DNA of 63,963 nucleotides, filler included, from Olpidium bornovanus S191 (taxonomy: Eukaryota > Fungi > Olpidiomycota): assembly GCA_017911155.1 (NCBI GenBank). It is 26 parts of 26 records of this genome, joined end to end, with 100 filler letters (N's around TTAATTAATTAA, not from the genome) between each part and the next. Parts side by side here need not be neighbours in the genome. Positions count along the whole stretch, not along the records: positions 1 to 2,454 come from JAEFCI010003177.1; positions 2,555 to 5,207 come from JAEFCI010012799.1; positions 5,308 to 8,390 come from JAEFCI010010536.1; positions 8,491 to 10,310 come from JAEFCI010004486.1; positions 10,411 to 13,528 come from JAEFCI010002347.1; 21 more parts are not named here. One strand, given 5' to 3'. The notes beneath the pieces are model-generated. The model was not told where the DNA came from, did not search any database, and saw nothing but the letters and a program-made list of their open reading frames with translations. Position 1 is the stretch's first letter. The number at the start of each line of letters is the position of its first letter. Position numbers and translations under genes: made by a program. Of this stretch, positions 1 through 12,132 are shown piece after piece.

Positions 1-6
1 CATGGT

Positions 7-223
7 ATCACGATCAATGAGGAAAAACGTGGGACGACAGAGTCGTCATAATCAAAGAGGGGGGAAAACGTGGGAACGACGCGGGTGTCGCAATCGAAGA
101 GAAAAAAAAAACGCGTGCGCAACAGAATATCGCGATCAATGAGGAAAAAACGTGGTAACGACCGAGCCATCATCTTAATCCAAAAAGGGGGGAAAAACGC
201 GAGAGCGAGCGTCGCAATCGAAG
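7..223 (+). repeat. Imperfect ~95-bp direct repeat (two copies) in an intron
   Basis: ATC(A/G)CGATCAATGAGGAAAAA...CGTGG...AGGGGGGAAAA...GTCGCAATCGAAGAG at ~7-101 and ~129-223. Confidence 0.8.
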
Positions 224-293
224 AGGAGGAAATGAAATTGCTTGGCGCGACCGACGAAACGAAACCAAACGCGCTTTCGGTTGGGTGGAGTAC

Positions 294-1142
294 CTGGACC
301 ATGGAGTCCGCGTTGACGAAATCAACGCCCTGGCGGATGCCCTTCTCCATGAATTGGACGCGCCAGCGGACGAAACGGTCGACATCGGCGAACACCTCGG
401 GCGCGAGGTTGCCGTAGGCGTTGAAGCAGACGGGGCGGCCATCGCGGTCCGTCTTATGGAGGTAGCCTACGTTGCGAAACACATCCTCCGGGAAGCGCTC
501 GTCGAGGATCGCATCGACGCAGAATTTTTCTCGCCAGGCGAGCGACGCGGCCAGCATGGCGGCGGTGGCGTCGACGTGGAGAGAGCTGGCGTCGGGTAAG
601 GGGGGGGGAGAAGGGGGCGCGCGGGTGTGGAAGAACGGGAGGAGTTGGGGGAAGAGGCGGCGGCGTTCGCTTTTTCGCGTCGAAGAAGAGGAGGGGGAAG
701 AAACGCGAGCGGAGGAAGCGCAGGGAGCGGAACGGAGGAGCGCGCAACGAAAGCGAACGGAAAAGGCGTTCTGCGCCGCGCCGAAAGTGGCCCGTTCGGC
801 GCGTGGGGGAATGGGGGAAAGGTGGGCAGGGGTAACGGCGCGTACCGGGCCCTCAGGAACTTGATGAGGATCACGTCAAGGCGCGGGTCGGTCGAGTCGG
901 CGGCGAGGGGGACGCCCCACAGCTGCGGCGGAGGCGGTGTCGGCGGCGGCGGCGCGGGAGCGTCTGCGCCGCAGGCGTTCTTCTGGTCCTCCCCCTCGGC
1001 GGGCGGCAGGCGGGCGGTCAGAAGCGGCAGCCTGTCCCTCAGCTGCTTCAGGGCGGCCCTCTCCGGGTCCGTGAAGGCGGCGACGAACTTGTTCGCGGCG
1101 GCGGGGGCGTCAGCATTCGTGGCGGCGGCGTCGGCGGCCATG
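294..1142 (-). CDS. Sec14/CRAL-TRIO lipid-transfer protein (SFH5/patellin-like), 3'-partial
   Basis: Exon 1142-846 (MAADAA...QLWGVPL...DVILIKFLRAR), GT-AG intron 845-586, exon 585-294 (SLHVDATAAMLAASLAWREKF...DRDGRPVCFNAYG...FVRWRVQLMEKG...DSMVQ). WGVPL, LLKFLRAR and RWRVxLME are characteristic family motifs. Confidence 0.88.
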
Positions 1143-2454
1143 GTGAGGCGCCGCGGGGTGGGTGCGACGCGGGACGCGGGGTGCGGGTATAAGGTTGTGA
1201 AAGTCGAGTGATTTTTTCTTTTTTTGTTTTTTTTTTTTTCTTTTTCCCCGAGCTCTGAGAGAGACAGAGGGAGCGAGAGCGAGTTGTGAGCGTGAGCGTG
1301 CGGCGGCGACGGCGGCGGCGGTGAAGCGGGAGGAGAGGAGAGGCGGCGCACGGAGGCAAGAAGGAGGGCGCGCCCAAGCGGGGGGCAGGGGGCGGGCGGG
1401 CGGGCGCAGCGGCGCAAGCCTCTCTGCCGCGCTCTCGGCGTGGGGTGTTCCCGCTTCGCGTCGTGGCCACCCACCTGGTCTTCCGCGTTGGCGCCCGAGC
1501 GTCGTTTCGGGACGGGACGTCCGGCCAAGGTCGCGTGGATTGTTTCGCGGGGCAACGGAGACTGGGCCGACGGTGGTCGGTGGAGATGGACGAGGAAGAA
1601 AAGCACGACCGGGGGTGCTTTTGGCCGGTCGGACGGCGTTTTCCGAGCATTAGATGACCTGGCCGTGCGCCGTGAGGGCATCGACGACAGCGACAGATCT
1701 CCGGTTGTTCGCTGCCCGTTGTCTAATTGTACCAGCCCCTGCGCTACGATCCGAAGGCTCTGCAGCAGCGGCGCGCGTCGGCGAAAGGGTTCGGCTTCAG
1801 TTGAAGAGGTCCGCGGGGTGATTCCGAAAGGTTGTGATGGAGGGCGAACCTGGGAAGCCGCACGTTCGTTCGCGCGCGCTTCGTCGTGGTGTCCGCCGCC
1901 GGCGGATACATTGTTGTAGGTCGCGGCGTGGCAGTGATACAGTAATACAGTGGTGCACCTGAGTCATCTGCGGGACAAAGGTTGTCGCGGGCGTTTGCCG
2001 CTTTGCCGCGTGCACTACAGTGTGTCCGCTCCGTCTCAGATGTCATAAACATTAGAGTCATCGCGAGTCCGCAGCACTTTTGCGAGGCTTCATCCGAAAC
2101 TCTCCGCGGCGAGAAAGAGAGAGAGGATCGACGTCGTCGATGGTAAGGCCGCAACCTCAGAATGCGCCAAGCGCTACTTTCACGCCCGTCCCGCCGCCGC
2201 GAAGGAGTTGATCAAGGCATGGAACATTCGCGCTATTATTGATCGCCAGTGCCGTCGTATCAACTCACTGGCAGTCTGTTGGTCACAGCTGACAGTTTTC
2301 TTTGGTTTCGCTCGTTTCCTTGCGCATTGTTCCCCAATGTTATGCGCAAGATAATAGTATTTGTCCCTTGCAAGGCCAGGCGTGCAATTCACTCCCGGCA
2401 ACGAGAAGTCCGCACAAAATGATGAGGATTTGGAGGAGAAGCCTGCAGCACATG

Positions 2455-2554
2455 NNNNNNNNNNNNNNNNNNNNNNNNNNNNNNNNNNNNNNNNNNNNTT
2501 AATTAATTAANNNNNNNNNNNNNNNNNNNNNNNNNNNNNNNNNNNNNNNNNNNN
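2455..2554. other. Artificial contig-joining linker (first of 25)
   Basis: 44 N + TTAATTAATTAA (stops in all six frames) + 44 N. The TTAATTAATTAA core recurs at 2499, 5252, 8435, 10355, 13573, 16083, 20276, 21702, 23320, 27524, 29860, 31264, 33206, 35579, 37088, 38876, 41477, 43219, 46394, 50323, 53702, 54994, 58914, 61116, 62731. Confidence 0.99.
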
Positions 2555-2723
2555 AACATATGTCCTGCAAGGTCCAAACCTGACGGTTTCGGGAAAAACC
2601 CGCCCCGCGCGCTGCTTCTTTGATCGGGCTCTCTCCCATGCGCCGCCCGGCCTGACAGCGGAGTCCCGGCAACCAGGGCGCATCCTCCCGCCCCACCCCC
2701 TTTTCACTCCCCGCACTCCGCTG

Positions 2724-4046
2724 GAAGGTCCCTGCGAGGAGGCCGCCGCGGCGGCGGCGGCGGCGGCGCCGTCGTTCGTCTTGGGGTCGCGGAACTCGCA
2801 GCTGGCGCTCGTGCAGACGGAGCACGTGCGCGCGCGGCTGTTGGAGCTGCACGGGCGGCGGCTACCAGACCTCCGGGTGCCCGTCGTGTCCATGTCCACC
2901 ACGGGCGACCGCGTCCTGGACGTCGCGCTGTCCAAGATCGGGGACAAGGGCCTGTTCACGAAGGAGCTCGAGGCCGCGCTCGCCGAGCTCAAGGTGGACG
3001 CCGTCGTCCATTCGCTCAAGGACCTGCCCACGACCCTGCCGCCGGGAATGGCCGTCGCCGCCGTGCTCGAGCGCGAGGACCCCTGCGACGCCGTCGTTGT
3101 TAAGAGGGGCTCGCCCGCCCGGTCGCTCGACGACCTGCCGGACGGCGCCGTCGTCGGGACAAGCTCCCTCCGGAGGACTGCTCAGCTCAGGAGGAGGTAC
3201 CCGGGGCTGGAGTTTCGGGACATCGTACGTTTTTGCGTTGCGAAGGGCTTCCGTCCTCCCAGCGACCCGCTTCCCCGCTTGCACCGCGGTTTTTGTTGTT
3301 CCGTCGAGCCGACTGCGACGCGCGCTCACGGTTTGTTACCGTTAACTGTTGGTTTTTTTTCTCTTTCTCTCTCTCTCTCTCTCCGTGTCTCTCCCTCTTA
3401 ATCTCCCTCCCCCTCCCTCTCTCCCCGCTTTCCCGGCGCGCTGGTGCTTTTCTTTTTCTTCTTCTCCGTCTTCTTTTTCTTCCGCCAGCGAGGGAACCTG
3501 AACACCCGCCTGCGGAAGCTCGATGACCCGGACGGACCATTCTCGGCAATCATCCTCGCGTACGCCGGCCTCCACCGGCTCGGGTGGCGCGACCGCGCGA
3601 CCGCTCGCCTCGCGCCGGAGGGGTCCATGCACGCCGTCGGGCAGGGGGCGCTGGCGGTCGAGTGCCGCAAGGACGACGCGCGGGGCATCGCCTTCGTCGC
3701 CGGCCTCGACCACCGCCCGACGCGCCTGCGCTGCCTGGCGGAGCGGTCCGTCATGCGCGCCCTCGAGGGCGGCTGCTCGGTTCCGATCGGCGTGCACACC
3801 GAATGGGTTGAGGGCGGCGGCGAGGGAGGCGGCGGGCCGGCGACGGTGAAGCTGCGCCTCCGCGCCCTCGTCGTGTCCGTCGACGGCGCCGACGTCGTCC
3901 GGGCCGAGGGCGAGCAGGACTTGCCCGAGGCTGCCACGCCGGAGGAGACGGACGAGCTGGCGAACGCGCTGGGTGTCCGCGTCGCCGCCGACCTACTGCG
4001 GCAGGGCGCCGACGAGATACTGCGGCCCATCAAAGAAAAACGATGA
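2724..4046 (+). CDS. HEM3: Porphobilinogen deaminase (hydroxymethylbilane synthase); start codon not resolved
   Basis: LGSRNSQLALVQT, GDKGLFTKELE, VHSLKDLPT, VGTSSLRR; intron 3225-3488; RGNLNTRLRKLD, AVGQGALAVE, LEGGCSVPIG; stop at 4044-4046. Confidence 0.97.
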
Positions 4047-4486
4047 AACACGCTCCTTTTTTCCCGGCTCCTTGTGGAGAACAGGACGCCTTTTTTGGCC
4101 GGGACACCCTCCGCACCGCACACAGAACTCGGCACAGTAAAAAGGTGAAGGGGGCCGCGTCTCCCCCGTTCCCCGGTCCTTTGAGTAGCTCCACGCACGC
4201 GCATGACGCCTTCCTCTCGCTCCTGTGGCGGGACGACGCAAGAGGACCAAGACGTACAAGAAAGCTGAACAAAACCGCCTATTACAGTACAGAACGTGCG
4301 ACGCGCCCGGGAGGGGCGTCCGGCCGAGTGCGACCGGTTATAATATAAACAAAAGTTGTGACGGCGAAAACGAGGAAAGCCAGGAGGAGCGAGCAGTTTT
4401 GAAATAAAAAAAGGGAAACTCGGAAGAAGGCGGCAGCAAAGACGATGAAGGCCGGAATGAAACGAGCAAGTAAAAAAAAAAAAATT

Positions 4487-5036
4487 TCAGAAGAAGGCGG
4501 CGGCCAAGACGACGAAAGCCGGGAGGGCGTACGCGGCGGCGGAATAGGCGTCTGCGGAGGCGTCGGCGGCGCCGCTGTTCCCAACGGTCGCCTTTGGGGC
4601 GTCGATGTAGTCCGGGCCGTTGGCGGCGTCGAGGGAGGCGTCGCCGGGGTAGCCGGGGTCAGGGACGACGGCGAGGACGGAGTACCGGGTGGCGTTGAGG
4701 ACGAGGGAGCCCGGCCACACTTCGACGTCGAGGGTGAGGTTCGCGACGCCGGCGGGTACGCGGGGCCAGCGGAGCTTCGCGCTGACCGCGTAGTCGCCGG
4801 GGGCGGTCAGCAGGGCGCGCAAGCGGTCGGAGATCTGGTCGACGAACAGCGTGAGGTTGCCGGCGGGGTCCGTCAGCTTCAGCGGGGGCCGCACCTGCGG
4901 CGGGTCCACGGGGAAGGAGGACGAAGGCGGGGCGGCCGCGGCGCCGCCGCCGACGACGGAGTAGTTGAACTGGAGCGGCTGGCCGACGGTCACCGTCGGG
5001 GGGAAGCTCAATGTCATGCGGGCCGCGCCGGGGTCC

Positions 5037-5067
<31 letters not shown>

Positions 5068-5125
5068 GCGCGGCGGCGAGGAGGGCGGCGGCGGCGGCGA
5101 GCGCGGCGGCAGCAGACGGGCGCAT
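4487..5125 (-). CDS. Probable secreted, GPI-anchored protein of unknown family (212 aa)
   Basis: Intronless ORF with Ala/Leu signal-like N-terminus, beta-rich core with NxS/T sites, and a small-residue segment (NSGAA) followed by a hydrophobic C-terminal tail (YALPAFVVLAAAFF). Convergent with HEM3. Confidence 0.7.
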
Positions 5126-5157
<32 letters not shown>

Positions 5158-5379
5158 TTTTTTTTTCCCGAAAGGGGGGGGGGGGAGGGGAAAAAAGGGG
5201 GGGGGGGNNNNNNNNNNNNNNNNNNNNNNNNNNNNNNNNNNNNNNNNNNNNTTAATTAATTAANNNNNNNNNNNNNNNNNNNNNNNNNNNNNNNNNNNNN
5301 NNNNNNNCATGCGAATAGTTCGGCGTTGCAAAAGGAGCCTACGGTCAAGGGGGAAAAAAAAGGCAGGGTAAAGTTAGTT

Positions 5380-7250
5380 AAAGCTTTCCTGACTTTGGCC
5401 GAATGTATCGACAAAGGCAATCGTACAGCAAAGTTGCGAGCCGGCGTCGGAGGAGGGGCCACCTCGAGATACTGAACGTTCAAAGACGCACAAATGTCGT
5501 ACCATTCCGAACTGCATTGTCAGAATAAGAACCATACTGGCAGCGCAACCGAAAAGGAACGCGGAGACAAAAAAAATGCGGAGAACCTTACCGAGTATTC
5601 GAAAAGGTTAGAATTTCCGGGCGAAATGACGCTCGCTGTTCCCGGAATGGAGACCGTGTTGTGGCAGTAATCATCACTACAGTTATCGGAAGTGGCTGCT
5701 GAACCATCATCGGCGTTGCGAGGGGTCCCGTGCTGGAGCCGAGAGCGACGACCAGAACAAGTCTGTTATTGCCATTTCCTACGGACAACGGAGACGACGC
5801 AGAAGACGAGTGGACGAGGCGGTCTTACCGCCAGGAGATAATCGCCACTCCGTTGAATAGAGTTGCTTCCGCTGCCCTGGTCAGGCACGGCAGCATCTTT
5901 GCTGCCGCCGCCCGAATCCGGCAGATCTTCGACGCTCGGATATGGCCAGCGGTGTTCCGACGGCGATGGTTCGACAGTGCGAGACTCGGTCGCCGACGGC
6001 CCGCCGTCGCGGTCAGATTCCATGTGCACAACGGTCCCGGATGCGGCTTCGTAGCAATCGCGGCCCCCCGCCTCGACCGCCGCCTGGTCATAAGCACCAT
6101 CGCCTCCCGCTGAGGGGTTTGCCTGCGAATGGACTTCCGTAACATCGCCTGGTTTCGCTAAGCACGAACCGGTCGAAGCAAAAGCCTGCTGGACACCGCC
6201 CTGTTCATTCATTTGGATTGCTCCGAGCTCTTTGCAGACCGAATCGGACAACTCTTCAATCTCTTTGCGTCTGGCGACGTCGCGTTGGCTGGGGGCCGAT
6301 TTTTTTGGTGAGTTTTTTTTTATAATTTCGTACAAGATAGGCGCCATATGTAGAAAAAGACGGTATAACGATACTGTTAAGGTTCAGCCCGCAAAGAGAA
6401 GTATACGGTAATAAAAAGGAAACGCGCTGCCAGACGCGGACTGACGCTGGACGACGCTTTCCGACGTTCCAACGCCAAAAATGACAGCAACTCCGGGAGG
6501 CTATTCTAAACGGGGAACGCCTGGAGAGGCCGGACCGGCCGACATATCGCCTTCGCCAACAATTTCTCGCAGCGAGAGAGCCGCCGCGCCTGACCGAGTT
6601 CCGGCCAGCGAAGCTGTCGACCGGGCCAGGCGGAACCAAAAAAAAACTGCGCAAACCGAACGGATCCGCCCGGACGTACCCGTCGGGGACGCAAGCAGAG
6701 AACTTGCGGTTCTCTGCCGACGGCGATGAGCCGCCGACGTTTCGTCCTTCGACAGGAGCGGCCGGGCCGACGCCGTCGCCGAAGTGCGGTATGTGGACGT
6801 CACTGGTCAACGCGGGAGGAGCGGTCGCAGCGGCAGCGGGGTCGCGCCGCGCTTCGCCGTCGAAAAAATTGCTATCGGGCTGGGCGAGTCCCTTAAGCAT
6901 TGAAGAACGCGTGAGGACGGCGGGGGAAGCGCCGGCTCTGCTGTAGCACGGGTAGGGTAAAGCGGGGCGCGCGCGGAACTCCTATAGGAGGTAACAGAGG
7001 TCCCAGAGTCAGACGACGGATGCGAGAGCTAGCGAGCCTCCGGCGGCGCCGGGAACCAGCAGGCAGAGTTGCCAGGCTGACCTTTTCCAGAGAGTCTCCG
7101 GGTTCTCTGGGACCGGGCGAAGGGCGGCGCCCGGGAAGAGCAAGAAAGGGAGGCCGCGGGTCCCTTCCTCCTGCGGCGGCAACAGCTCCGTTTTTCCCGC
7201 TGTGCCGCCTCCTGCAGGCACCGGGAACAGCGAAAACGCGCGCTCCGCAA
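5380..7250 (-). CDS. Probable multi-exon gene, product unassigned
   Basis: Several open stretches bounded by plausible AG/GT sites (AERAFSLFPVP...PENPETLWK; SRAGASP...ACVPDG; acidic low-complexity 6347-5766; NVQYLEVAPP...AVRLPLSIH). Exon chain not fully resolved; no family recognised. Confidence 0.3.
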
Positions 7251-7321
7251 CTGGCGGCGCGGAAGGGGAGTGGGGCGGGAGGTTTGCGCGCGTTCCCAGC
7301 GGTCGAGGGGGGAGGGGACTT

Positions 7322-7352
<31 letters not shown>

Positions 7353-7354
7353 CC

Positions 7355-7401
<47 letters not shown>

Positions 7402-7572
7402 GGGAAGCCCCGCAAATTCTCGCGCGCGAATCGTCTCGGCCAAACCCGGGGTGCAACCGCGCGCGGTGGCTGGCGCTGCCAGGGAAAAGAGATTTTGCGT
7501 TAGGAAGGGAGAGAAAGAAGAGGAGGTGGACAGACCGGCCGTTGCGAGCGGAAAAAAAAAAAAAAAAGAAAA

Positions 7573-8304
7573 ATGGCCCCAAGCACGAGCCGGAGTCCGG
7601 CCGCCGCCGTGCCACGCCGGGCGGCGGCGCCGGCGCCGGCGGCAGCAAAAACGGCAGCAGGCCCGCGCGCGGAGGAAGCCGCAAGCGTCCTCGCCGTCGC
7701 CTACCGGGACGTGCCAGACGGAGACGGCGGCGGGGACTTGGCGTGCTTTGACCGGCGGGTGCCGGGGATGATCGCGGCGGAACCTCCGCAGGATCCGGAG
7801 CCACCGCCGGTCGAGAGCGCGGAGTCCCCGAGGCTGCTGCCGGTGTCACGCGGAGGGCCTGCGGGGCGCGCCGGCGGCCGGAGACGGGAACTGCCGCCGC
7901 CGCCGCCGCCGCCGTCGCGGATCGTCGTTCCTTTTCCTTTTTCGCCGCCGCGCGGAGACCGCTGCGCGCCGATCGGAAGCGCCGCCGCCCCAGCCGCCGC
8001 CGCGCCCCCGGTGCGCCGATGGCCGTCCGGGCGTCCGCAGCCGCCCCAGCCGCCGACGACGCTCCTCTCGCGGCGCACGCTGTCGCCGCACCACCTGTCG
8101 CTGCACATCCCTCCACGCCCGGGCGGCGCGGCGGCTGTCGAAGTGGGCCCGTGGCCCGAGGACGGCGGCGGCGACGCGGAGCGGGGGCCCAGGCCGCAGA
8201 GGGCCGCCGCCGCCGCCGCCGCCGCGGGCCCGTTTGAGGTGGACGCCGACGCCCGCGTCTGCCGGGCCGGCATGTCGGACCTGTCGCTGTCGCTCGCCTT
8301 CTGA
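7573..8304 (+). CDS. Pro/Ala-rich hypothetical protein (243 aa)
   Basis: ATG directly after an A-rich leader, as for other genes here; single ORF; low complexity; no recognised domain. Confidence 0.35.
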   Translation: MAPSTSRSPAAAVPRRAAAPAPAAAKTAAGPRAEEAASVLAVAYRDVPDGDGGGDLACFDRRVPGMIAAEPPQDPEPPPVESAESPRLLPVSRGGPAGRAGGRRRELPPPPPPPSRIVVPFPFSPPRGDRCAPIGSAAAPAAAAPPVRRWPSGRPQPPQPPTTLLSRRTLSPHHLSLHIPPRPGGAAAVEVGPWPEDGGGDAERGPRPQRAAAAAAAAGPFEVDADARVCRAGMSDLSLSLAF

Positions 8305-8684
8305 CAAATCCCCGGGCGACACGCGTGTCTCCCGCCCGCGCCGCTGCTGCCGGGAGGGAAACGCGAGATGGGGCGCGCCGCCCGCGGGGANNNNNNNNNN
8401 NNNNNNNNNNNNNNNNNNNNNNNNNNNNNNNNNNTTAATTAATTAANNNNNNNNNNNNNNNNNNNNNNNNNNNNNNNNNNNNNNNNNNNNTGGGGGGGGG
8501 GGGGGGGGGGGGAGGGGAGGAGAAAGTGGGTGAGGGGAGGGAAATATACAGGTTTGCTTTTCTTGTCGCCGTCAACACCGGCGTTCGAGCAGCGCACGCG
8601 TTAATTATCTAAGCGCGCGGGCGGGCGCATGAATTATCTAAACGCGCGAGCGGACGAAGGGAACGCTGCCGCCCCTCCCCAATT

Positions 8685-10060
8685 CTAGTTCATGTCCATC
8701 GCGGAAACGCCCGTGATCTCTCCGCGACAGGTCGAATTGACGAGCTCGCGCCGGACCTCCGGGGAGATGGCCTCGTGGGTCTTGTGCTTGAGCAGGTCAA
8801 GAAGGGCGTCTTTCTGCTCGGGCGTCATGTCTTCCTTATACCTGCAAACAAAACGGACATCGCTCGATAATAAGAATCAAAAACGCAAGCCCAAGCCCGC
8901 CCCGTATGCCTTCCCACCCCGTCGCCACCCCCGAACGCGCCAAGGGCAACGTCTTGAATCAAAGGCGGGCGAAATTCCATCCGCGAACGAAAGAATCAAG
9001 ACAGCCACGGACCTCTGCGCAAACACCAGCAGCGACTGGTGCCACAGGACGGGCATCTGCCTGGGGTCGTTCCGAAACCTCAGGAAGTGAAACACGACCG
9101 CGTCCACCACCTTGAACGGCAGCGCGTACTTCTTGTCCAGGAGTATTCGGATAAAAAGGCTGTTCGGGCCTGCGAAAAGCAGATTGGCGCCGGAGAGGAA
9201 ACGCTGGTCAACGGATGAAAAAAAAAAATGGGAGAGGGGGGGGTTCGGCAGGAGAGAAAGCGACGCCGCGCGCCCCAACACGCACCGGTGTACTCCATCT
9301 CCGCCACCTTCAGCAGTGCTGCACTCGAGTGCAGCACGGGTATGCTGACCTTCGAGATGACGCTGCCGATGATGACGGCCTCCCGGAGGGTGCAGGTTCC
9401 GGACTGGGCAGAAAAAGGCAACCGAAACAGGTCTCAACAACACCGGCAGAGGCTGCGCCCCTTTCTTTTCACGGCCCGCGGAAAAACCCGATTCGAACCC
9501 CTCCGCCCGCAGAGTCGTCCCTTTTTTCTGTTCGTTTCTTTGTTTTTTTTTTTTCCGTTGTGTTCCCCACCTCGCAAATCGGGAAGAGTATGCCCTTAAA
9601 GAACCCCGCGGGCTTGTACAACGCCTTCTTGAGGGCCATGTACAGGTGGTAGTTGAGGTTTTTGTTCTCGGCGATGTCGCTGCGCACGCGGTCCAGAAGG
9701 ACCAGCTGGAAGAACCGCTGCGACTGCTTGGCCTTTAGGTTCGACACAAAGATTCGGGTCGCCTGGTACATTGCGTGCGGCGTCCACCGTTCGGGCGCCG
9801 TCAGGTACAGGATCTCTTCCCAGTTGCGCAGCGACGGGATGATTTTAAACGCCTTGGGCAGCTTGCCTGACGTGTACCGGCTCAGCAGCTGGCCGACCCT
9901 TGAAAGAGATCGGGCCGACGTTACCCCCGGTGGGTCTCGCGCGCGACCTTAAAGAGCGCCGCGCGTGCCTGCGACTGCGGAGAGACGTACTTGGTATACG
10001 CTTCGACAACCTTTGGATTCAACCCTTGCGGCACGCTCCGGTCATCCAGACCGAGTTGCG
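8685..10060 (-). CDS. ENP1: Bystin / Enp1 (40S biogenesis), 5'-partial, at least 5 exons
   Basis: [11 protein letters not shown]|[84 protein letters not shown]-like [15 protein letters not shown]|YKED; stop at 8685-8687. Confidence 0.96.
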
Positions 10061-11944
10061 CTGCGAAAGATCATGCACGCAAATCAGCAAACGTCTATTA
10101 TCGCAGAGTTGGCAGGGGAGCGCTGCAGCAAAAATCAAAAAAAAAGAAAGAAAAAAAAGAAAGACAGAAAAAAAAAGAAAGGGAAAAAAAAAGAAAAAAA
10201 GAAGAAAAAAAGAAGAAAAAAGGAAGAAAAAAAGAAGAAAAAAAGAAGAAAAAAAGAAGAAAAAAAGAAGAAAAAAAGAAGAAAAAAAGAAGAAAAAAAG
10301 AAGAAAAAAANNNNNNNNNNNNNNNNNNNNNNNNNNNNNNNNNNNNNNNNNNNNTTAATTAATTAANNNNNNNNNNNNNNNNNNNNNNNNNNNNNNNNNN
10401 NNNNNNNNNNCATGGGTCAGTCGACGAAAACAGAGATGTATCATAATGGTCGGTGCTTAGAAACAATTTCGTAAAGGTTTGCTGATCTATCTTTTTAGGT
10501 CAAACAGCAGATTAAGTTTACCTCACTGTTTTGCTTTTCCGTGGATATCTCGATTGTCGTTCAAACCTGCAGTTGAGAGTACTCCAAAATTCGAACGATT
10601 TCCCCAATTTTTTCGAAAGAAAATACTTTTCGCCTACAGGAACGGGATGGAAACGAAGCCGGAGGAGATGTCTGCCATTAAAGGAACTTTATTTGGGCCT
10701 GCGTGACGCCAGCTTGATGCCTCTGCGCGCGGTTGATAGGGCCGTCCGAGCGGTGTTTTGGCCGCCGCTGCCGCCGCCCTCGCATCGTTGTCCGGCAAAA
10801 TACCGACCTAAAGGCATCCGGATGGTATACTTAGCGTTTTGCATCTAATGTGATGTACAAATGTAGAGTGCGTTCTACGGTCAATCGATCAAACCCGCGC
10901 CCTCTCTTTAGAGGGCGCAGCGCGCGTAGCTCCGTCCCTATGGTAAGCACGAATCAACCAAAACGAAGGAAACATAGACTTTGCCTCGTCCCCTCCATTA
11001 TTGGCTTGGTGCGTTGCGTCCTGGCTAGGGCCTTAATTCCGTAAAATAATGCCAAAGTTTACTGCCTATACTACCTAACGCCGTGCCCTTTTCAGTGCGG
11101 TCGTTAATAGGTCCGTTTCGCTGGTGTTTGTCCATTTCACCACAGCTGCCGCTGCCTCCGATTCTGCGGGCCGTCCTCTTTTGCCGCCCTCGCTACCGCC
11201 GCGCAGTTGCTGCCTGCCGGCTCACCGTTTGCTCCCTGTCCCGCCCCGTAAGTATAGGTTCGAATCCTTTTAGTTAGAGATCAATGGTTAGCTAATAATT
11301 ATAAATAAACCATCTGCGAAAGCGCCTCTGCGCGTGTTTGTTGCCTCGGGGGCCCACGCGCCCCCCGACGTTTGCGCTTGCAAACGGATCTTGGTCGTGG
11401 CCGGAGCAGACGCTGGCGCGGCCGGGTGACGCTGGCCAATTCCAGGTAGCTTTTTTTTTTTTTTGACCTTTGCCGCATCCGGAACACGGCGCGCCAGCCA
11501 CACGGAATTGTGGCTTGGCGCGCGCCAGGGGTCACAAGCAGCAGCAGCAGCCGCAAGCACCGCCGGCAGCAGCAGCAGCAGAAGCCGGCGGGAGGCGGTC
11601 CCGCCGCCGCCGCCACAGCAAGAAGAGGGCGTTTTCTCGCTTCCTCTTCTCCTTCCTTCCGCGAGCGCGAGTGGGGCACGTGAGGGGCGGGCGGCCGGGC
11701 GGCGGCAGCGCCTCCCGCAGCCGCTCACAAGGAAACTCCTCCGCTCCCGCTCCTCCGCGTCCGGGCCACCCGGCGTGTGCGGGCCACTCGAGCGGCTCCG
11801 TCTGATCTCCGCTTCCCCACTTCGGCTATTCACTCCCTCTCCCTCCCAGCTCCCGTTTCTCGTACCTACCGCCGCTCTTCCCACGTCCCAAACGCCGGTT
11901 TCCACTCCGCCCGCCTCGAAATCTTCCGGCTTCGCCCGTAAAAG

Positions 11945-11998
<54 letters not shown>

Positions 11999-12132
11999 CA
12001 CGTCCCGGTCTTCGCGTTCCCCCCCTCCGGCGTCAAAGCGGAGGCCAGGCGTGAACGGAGTTGTCGACCGCAGCGCGCCCACACTCGCCCCCTTCCCGCC
12101 CCGTCACCCACCAAAGTGCCGAGTAACAGAAG

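Noticed and set aside
5380-5500. NVQYLEVAPP...FAVRLPLSIH as a PIH1/kintoun CS-like domain
   Set aside because: Resemblance too weak to name; kept only as an unassigned gene.
10411-10706. Possible 3' end of a gene (…GMETKPEEMSAIKGTLFGPA*)
   Set aside because: Too short to identify or support.
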